DNA from: Fidelibacterota bacterium
GTDB taxonomy: Bacteria > Fidelibacterota > Marinisomatia > Marinisomatales > TCS56
NCBI GenBank assembly: GCA_043822705.1
Contig: JBDRBK010000115.1
Span: 59,800-123,799 of the forward strand
Length of the DNA stretch: 64,000 nucleotides
Direction: 5' to 3'
Shown: one piece after another, positions 59,495-64,000 of the stretch
Layout of the letters: each line of letters opens with the position of its first letter
Position numbering within the stretch: the stretch's first letter is position 1
Translations under genes and position numbers: made by a program
Notes under the pieces: generated by a model
Databases searched by the model: none
Told to the model about the DNA's origin: nothing
What the model saw: only the letters and a program-made list of their open reading frames with translations

Positions 59495-60211
59495 ATGCCA
59501 AACCCTGCTTACAGGCGCGTCCTGCTTAAATTAAGTGGAGAAATGCTCGCCGGTAAGCAGGGTTTTGGCATTGAGAACAGCAGCTCGGAATACCTGGCCG
59601 GGGAAGTCAAATCGATCCATGAATTAGGTTTAGGTATTGGCATTATTATCGGTGCCGGTAATATTTTCCGGGGAGGCCAGGTCGCCGCCCAGGGTATGGA
59701 TCGCGTGACCGGCGATCAGTTAGGCATGTTGGGAACGGTCATGAACGCGATTGCGTTTCAGCAGACACTGGAAAAATTCGGCTGCAAGACCAAGGTTGTT
59801 TCCGCCGTACCCGTGGACCGTATCGTCGATCCGTACGTCAGTAAGAAGGCTCTCAGCTGGATAACTCAAGGGCAAATTGTAATTATTGCCGGTGGTACCG
59901 GAAATCCGTATTTTACGACTGACTCTGCCGCAGCTTTACGCGCCGCTGAGATTCGAGCGGAAGTAGTGCTTAAAGGCACTAAGGTGGACGGAGTATATGA
60001 TAAGGACCCGGTCCGGTACGCTGATGCAAAACGCTATTCGGAAATCAGTTACGGAGATGTTATCGCCCGCAGTTTACGGGTGATGGACCTGACGGCAATC
60101 ACTCTGTGCAAAGAAAATTCAATCCCGATTATTGTCTTTGACATTCATCAACCGGGTAATCTGAAGCGGATCGTACTAGGTGAGCGAATCGGTACCTTAG
60201 TGAGGGAGTAA
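59495..60211 (+). CDS. pyrH: UMP kinase
   Basis: RVLLKLSGE, GAGNIFRG, GTGNPYFTTD, VDGVYDKDP. Confidence 0.98.
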   Translation: MPNPAYRRVLLKLSGEMLAGKQGFGIENSSSEYLAGEVKSIHELGLGIGIIIGAGNIFRGGQVAAQGMDRVTGDQLGMLGTVMNAIAFQQTLEKFGCKTKVVSAVPVDRIVDPYVSKKALSWITQGQIVIIAGGTGNPYFTTDSAAALRAAEIRAEVVLKGTKVDGVYDKDPVRYADAKRYSEISYGDVIARSLRVMDLTAITLCKENSIPIIVFDIHQPGNLKRIVLGERIGTLVRE

Positions 60212-60215
60212 GAGT

Positions 60216-60773
60216 ATGATTAACGAAATTCAGCAGGATGCGTTGCATCGTATGGACCAGGCCGTAATACATACACAGACCGAAGCCAACAAGGTGCGCA
60301 CCGGGCGCGCTAATCCCGAATTACTGGATTCGATCATGGTTGAATACTACGGTGTGCGAACCCCGCTTAAGCAATTGGCCAGTGTATCGGTGCCGGAAGC
60401 GCGTTTGATAACTGTCCAACCATATGAAAAAAGTATCATCGGGGCGATTGAGAGAGCGATATTGGAGAGTAATCTGGGGTTGAACCCGGGAAATAACGGA
60501 GTCCATATTATGATCCCGGTTCCGCCGCTATCCGAAGATCGCCGCCGCGATCTGATCAAATATGTTCATAATCTGGTTGAGGACGGGAAAATTGCCGTAC
60601 GTAATGTCCGTCGGGATGCCATCCACCAGTTGAAGGAAGCCAAGGATGAGTTACATATATCCGAGGATGAAATCAAACGCGCCGAACAGGTGGTCCAGGA
60701 CTACACCGATGAGCACATCAAAAAGCTGGGCGACGTGCAGGAATTTAAGGAAAAGGAAATTCTGGAATTCTGA
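60216..60773 (+). CDS. frr: Ribosome recycling factor
   Basis: RTGRANP, YYG..TPL, PPLSEDRR, AVRNVRRD, KEKEILEF. Confidence 0.98.
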   Translation: MINEIQQDALHRMDQAVIHTQTEANKVRTGRANPELLDSIMVEYYGVRTPLKQLASVSVPEARLITVQPYEKSIIGAIERAILESNLGLNPGNNGVHIMIPVPPLSEDRRRDLIKYVHNLVEDGKIAVRNVRRDAIHQLKEAKDELHISEDEIKRAEQVVQDYTDEHIKKLGDVQEFKEKEILEF

Positions 60774-60792
60774 TCCGGATTTATTAGCGCTG

Positions 60793-60832
60793 AATAATTA
60801 AAAAGCCCGCGACAACGGGCTTTTTAATTATT
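60793..60832. terminator. Bidirectional intrinsic terminator between frr and nrdJ
   Basis: AATAATTAAAAAGCCCG-CGACAA-CGGGCTTTTTAATTATT, a perfect 17-bp stem. Confidence 0.9.
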
Positions 60833-60847
60833 TTGAAATACTCCGTA

Positions 60848-63283
60848 CTAATCGCATTTGGAGTAGCCGCAATCATGACAGACCAGACAACCGGCTTCGT
60901 ATTTCAGGCTGTTGCCGCTGCATTTCGGACAGACTTCAAATTTGAACGGCATTTCCGCCGGTTGACTTTCCTTTGGTTCCGGGGTCACCTTTTTTCGGGG
61001 ATTGTTGACGAAGGCGAAATGATGGGTGTTCAAATCTTCTTCCTGCTTAACCTTGCGGGCTTTGATATAATCATCCAGCGCTTTCCCAATGGCGTCGGGC
61101 GTTGACAGGATCAGTTGACCGTCCTCCCAGGTTGGATTGGGTCCACTGATACCTTTCAGTTGTTTGACGATTGCGATCGGCTCGATGCCGGAACGCAGGG
61201 ATAGCGAGATCAGGCGGCTGATGGCCTCCGATTGAGCAGCGGCATGACCGCCGGCTTTGCCAATGGTGGTGAATACTTCACAGAGGCCGTTGTCATCTTC
61301 ATTGATTGTGATGTACAGCGTCCCTTCACCGGTTTGGATCCGCCGCGTAATGCCGGAGGTGACGATCGGACGACGGCGCGGCATCGCCGAAACAGGTTTG
61401 GCGGCCGGCTTGGTTGCCTCGGCCGTTTTCTGCTGGTCAGTCGCCGATTTGTTTTCCTTGTCACTGACCAGAATGCCTTCCCGCGAACCTTCACGGTAGA
61501 CGGTAATACCTTTCAGGTTGGCCTTGTAGGCGGTCATGTAGATATCGGCCACTGTTTCAACTGCCACATCCTTGTCAAGATTGACGGTCGAAGAGATCGA
61601 GCTATCGATATATTTCTGAATCACACCCTGCATTTTGACCCGGAAATAGGGATCAATATTATGAGCGGTCACTATATAATCCGGCAGATTGCTGTCATCG
61701 CCAAATAATTTGGCAATGACCGGATGGAATACTTTGTACTCCTTGAAACTGTCTCCGGAACCGCTATTTTTTTTCACCCGACGCGTGTAGGAAGTGCTGA
61801 ATATGGGCTCGATGCCCGAGGTGACCCGGGCGACGATCGCCCCGCTGCCGGTCGGCGGCACCGTTAAAACGGTAGCATTTCTGATCCCATACTGTTCGAT
61901 ATCATTCCGGATCGCCTTGGGCAGATTTTTTACAAATTTACTTTTACCGTACTGTTCCCAGTCGAAATTCGGGAAGGATTTTTTGTCGCGCCCGATGACA
62001 ATCGATGCTTCGTAGGCCGAATCGCGGAAAATCTGGCAGACCTGATCCACCGTCTGCAGGGCATCTTCACTATCGTAGCGGATTCCCATCCTGACCAGCA
62101 TATCGCCAAGACCCAGCAGGCCCAGGCCGATCCGTCGATCCTGAATGGCATTTTCCTTTTGATTCGGCAGGGCGTGCCGCTCGATATTATAATCGATAAC
62201 ATTGTCCAGGAAGCGGACCGCCGTCGCCACCGTTTCCTTGAATTCGGGGATCATGAAGTTGCCATTCTGATCGACAAAGCGGTCCAGATTCACCGAACCG
62301 AGATTACAGCAGCCGCCGTCCGGCAAGGGTTGCTCGGCGCAGGGATTGGTGGATACCAGCGGGCTGCAGTATTCGGCATTGTGATATTCGCGCATCGTGT
62401 CCCAGAATATAATCCCCGGTTCGGCACTGCGATGAGCGGCGGTTATTATTTTGTTCCATAATTCCAAAGCTTCGACGGTTTTGTAAACCTGGTTGTTCCA
62501 GCGCAGATCAAATTGTTTTTTACCCTCGACAGCCTGCATGAATTCATGGGTTATCAGGACCGAAATATTGGAATATTTGACTTTATCGATATTATTATGC
62601 TTGATATTGATAAATTTTTCAATATCAGGATGGTCGACCCGCAGGGTCTGCATGTTGGCGCCGCGGCGGCCGTGCTGGGCGATCGTATTGGTGTTTTCGC
62701 TGAACAGGTTCATGAACCCGACCGGACCGCAGGATTCGCCACCGGTCCCGCCGATTACTTCGCCGGAAGGCCGCAGTACCGATAAATCATGACCGCAGCC
62801 GCCACCATATTTATAGGTCAGCGCTTCATCATGAATGGTTTTATAGATCGCCTCAATCGAATCGCTTTGTACGGCGACTACATAACAATTATTCAAAGTC
62901 GTATTAATATCGTCACGACCGGCGCCATGCATGATCCTGCCGCCCGGTACGAAGCGGAAATCCTCCAGGATCGAGAAAAATTTGTCGGTCCACTCCAGCC
63001 GTAGCTTTTCATTTTTTTCGACACCGGCGATTGCTGACGACAAACGTTTCCACAGGTCCCATGGATGGCGTTCCCAGGGTGCCAGATATTTCTTTGTTAA
63101 AACATCCAGACCGAGTTCATCGTTCTTGTAATAATTATGCAGCCGGTACTTATCGGGCACATCCCGGTCAAAAATATTTTCGGCAGCATTGGTGATTTCA
63201 CGCAATGCTTCACTAACCAATGGTTCAGCCGGTTTTGCCCCGGCATGCGAGACGGCGAAGTCTAGCTCAATCGCTTCAGCCAT
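60848..63283 (-). CDS. nrdJ: Adenosylcobalamin-dependent (class II) ribonucleotide reductase with C-terminal TSCPD-like domain and Zn ribbon
   Basis: FVPGGRI, NNCYV, RRGANM, TNPCAEQPL, CCNLGS, RRIGLG, VPPTG, SISSTVN, KGITVYR, CPKC...CHDCGYSKC. Confidence 0.93.
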   Translation of the reverse strand: MAEAIELDFAVSHAGAKPAEPLVSEALREITNAAENIFDRDVPDKYRLHNYYKNDELGLDVLTKKYLAPWERHPWDLWKRLSSAIAGVEKNEKLRLEWTDKFFSILEDFRFVPGGRIMHGAGRDDINTTLNNCYVVAVQSDSIEAIYKTIHDEALTYKYGGGCGHDLSVLRPSGEVIGGTGGESCGPVGFMNLFSENTNTIAQHGRRGANMQTLRVDHPDIEKFINIKHNNIDKVKYSNISVLITHEFMQAVEGKKQFDLRWNNQVYKTVEALELWNKIITAAHRSAEPGIIFWDTMREYHNAEYCSPLVSTNPCAEQPLPDGGCCNLGSVNLDRFVDQNGNFMIPEFKETVATAVRFLDNVIDYNIERHALPNQKENAIQDRRIGLGLLGLGDMLVRMGIRYDSEDALQTVDQVCQIFRDSAYEASIVIGRDKKSFPNFDWEQYGKSKFVKNLPKAIRNDIEQYGIRNATVLTVPPTGSGAIVARVTSGIEPIFSTSYTRRVKKNSGSGDSFKEYKVFHPVIAKLFGDDSNLPDYIVTAHNIDPYFRVKMQGVIQKYIDSSISSTVNLDKDVAVETVADIYMTAYKANLKGITVYREGSREGILVSDKENKSATDQQKTAEATKPAAKPVSAMPRRRPIVTSGITRRIQTGEGTLYITINEDDNGLCEVFTTIGKAGGHAAAQSEAISRLISLSLRSGIEPIAIVKQLKGISGPNPTWEDGQLILSTPDAIGKALDDYIKARKVKQEEDLNTHHFAFVNNPRKKVTPEPKESQPAEMPFKFEVCPKCSGNSLKYEAGCLVCHDCGYSKCD

Positions 63284-63649
63284 TAAAAATCCTTTAATAT
63301 AGCGTTATCCTTAAATCAGAAAAAAAGTTGGCAAGTGAATACGTTATAATATGCGTGAGTTGGCAGGGCGAATATATTGCCGGAAAAAAAATACAATCAA
63401 GGTCAATTCATAAAATTTCAACAGGCTCGACGACAAAATATTAATCACAATGATTTGTCAACAAATTATCCACACAACGATATTCCGGAATAGCAAGCAT
63501 GCTGACTGCCAATTACTCTGATAATACAGGCCTATCGGAGCTTCAACCGAATAGTCCTTTGGCCCTGATATCCACACCGGATCAGTTATTTTTCCATGTA
63601 ATCCGAACTGGTCGGATAATAAAAAAAGAATGTAAATTGAACAGTAATT

Positions 63650-63720
63650 GCGGGTGTAGTTCAATGGTAGAACGGAAGCTTCCCAAGCTTTAGACGAGGG
63701 TCCGATTCCCTTCACCCGCT
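63650..63720 (+). tRNA. tRNA-Gly (anticodon CCC), CCA not encoded
   Basis: Acceptor GCGGGTG/CACCCGC, D arm GTTCAATGGTAGAAC, anticodon loop TTCCCAA, T arm GAGGG-TCCGATT-CCCTT, discriminator T. Confidence 0.93.
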
Positions 63721-63721
63721 C

Positions 63722-63760
63722 AAAATCCCGCCGGGAATAGCCATTCCTGGCGGGATTTTT
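63722..63760 (+). terminator. Intrinsic terminator after tRNA-Gly
   Basis: AAAATCCCGCCGGGAAT-AGCC-ATTCCTGGCGGGATTTT followed by T. Confidence 0.85.
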
Positions 63761-63878
63761 CTATCTCTAAATGCACGAAATGGGCTACGTGATAAAATGT
63801 TTGGCATTTGGTTCGGTCAGGTCATAAGGCAAAGACCAGGCAAGTTTCCCATAGAACACTATTGATAGACTTGGACAT

Positions 63879-63906
63879 GTAGGGGCACGGCATGCCGTGC
63901 CACTAT
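63879..63906. repeat. GTAG-type REP palindrome
   Basis: GTAGGGGCACGGCATGCCGTGCCACTAT, same family as 20174-20201. Confidence 0.75.
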
Positions 63907-64000
63907 ACATCAGGTTAATTATAATAACTCGTCACGAGTGGTATTCTCCATAACGTTTGATATTTAATCTCCAATCTTGGTCGACCCGCAATTGATTGTG

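Noticed and set aside
60848..63283. Intein or intron in the ribonucleotide reductase
   Set aside because: The ORF is continuous and of normal length, with no intein splice motifs or homing endonuclease.
63284..63649. NrdR boxes or a cobalamin riboswitch upstream of nrdJ
   Set aside because: Only a partial NrdR-like core (GGCGAATATATTGCCG, 63367-63382) without a convincing second box, and no recognisable B12-box.
63721..64000. Genomic island integrated at tRNA-Gly
   Set aside because: No integrase or duplicated tRNA 3' end within the window; too little sequence remains to judge.

Overview
A bacterial chromosomal window, moderately GC-rich with AT-rich patches. The gene set (DUF4837, DUF3078, fused rplM-rpsI-rpsB-tsf-pyrH-frr operon, large OM barrels) suggests an FCB-superphylum organism, possibly Marinimicrobia-like; this is inference. 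(1) 1-18126: a selenium-linked molybdenum hydroxylase / anaerobic purine-degradation cluster (xdh subunits, ssnA, ygeY, ygeW-like, two PLP enzymes, ygfK, 8-oxoguanine deaminase-like, ygfM/xdhD-like), interrupted by a Y1 (HuH) transposase gene flanked by palindromic repeats. (2) 18127-20818: a variable islet with nested REP-like elements, a diverged duplicate of the xdhD 3' end, an AT-rich TM-HEPN + DUF4238 gene pair, and two abutting unrelated 22-bp tandem arrays. (3) 20819-40749: core and envelope genes (lepA, lgt, large OM barrel + Omp85-like, rnr, rfbD, glycosyltransferases, accA, yhhQ). This block ends in a hidden selenoprotein that the ORF track splits in two: a lipoprotein thioredoxin (W-U-G-W-C) with TPRs and a SECIS-like hairpin. 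(4) 40750-45800: an accessory minus-strand block with an internally deleted DUF6144-like gene and an OM beta-barrel gene split by a complete IS1595-family element (8-bp TSD). (5) 45958-64000: housekeeping genes (der, yigZ, miaA, PyrR attenuator + pyrRBC, translation operon, class II RNR, tRNA-Gly). All calls come from motif recognition by eye; no searches were run.
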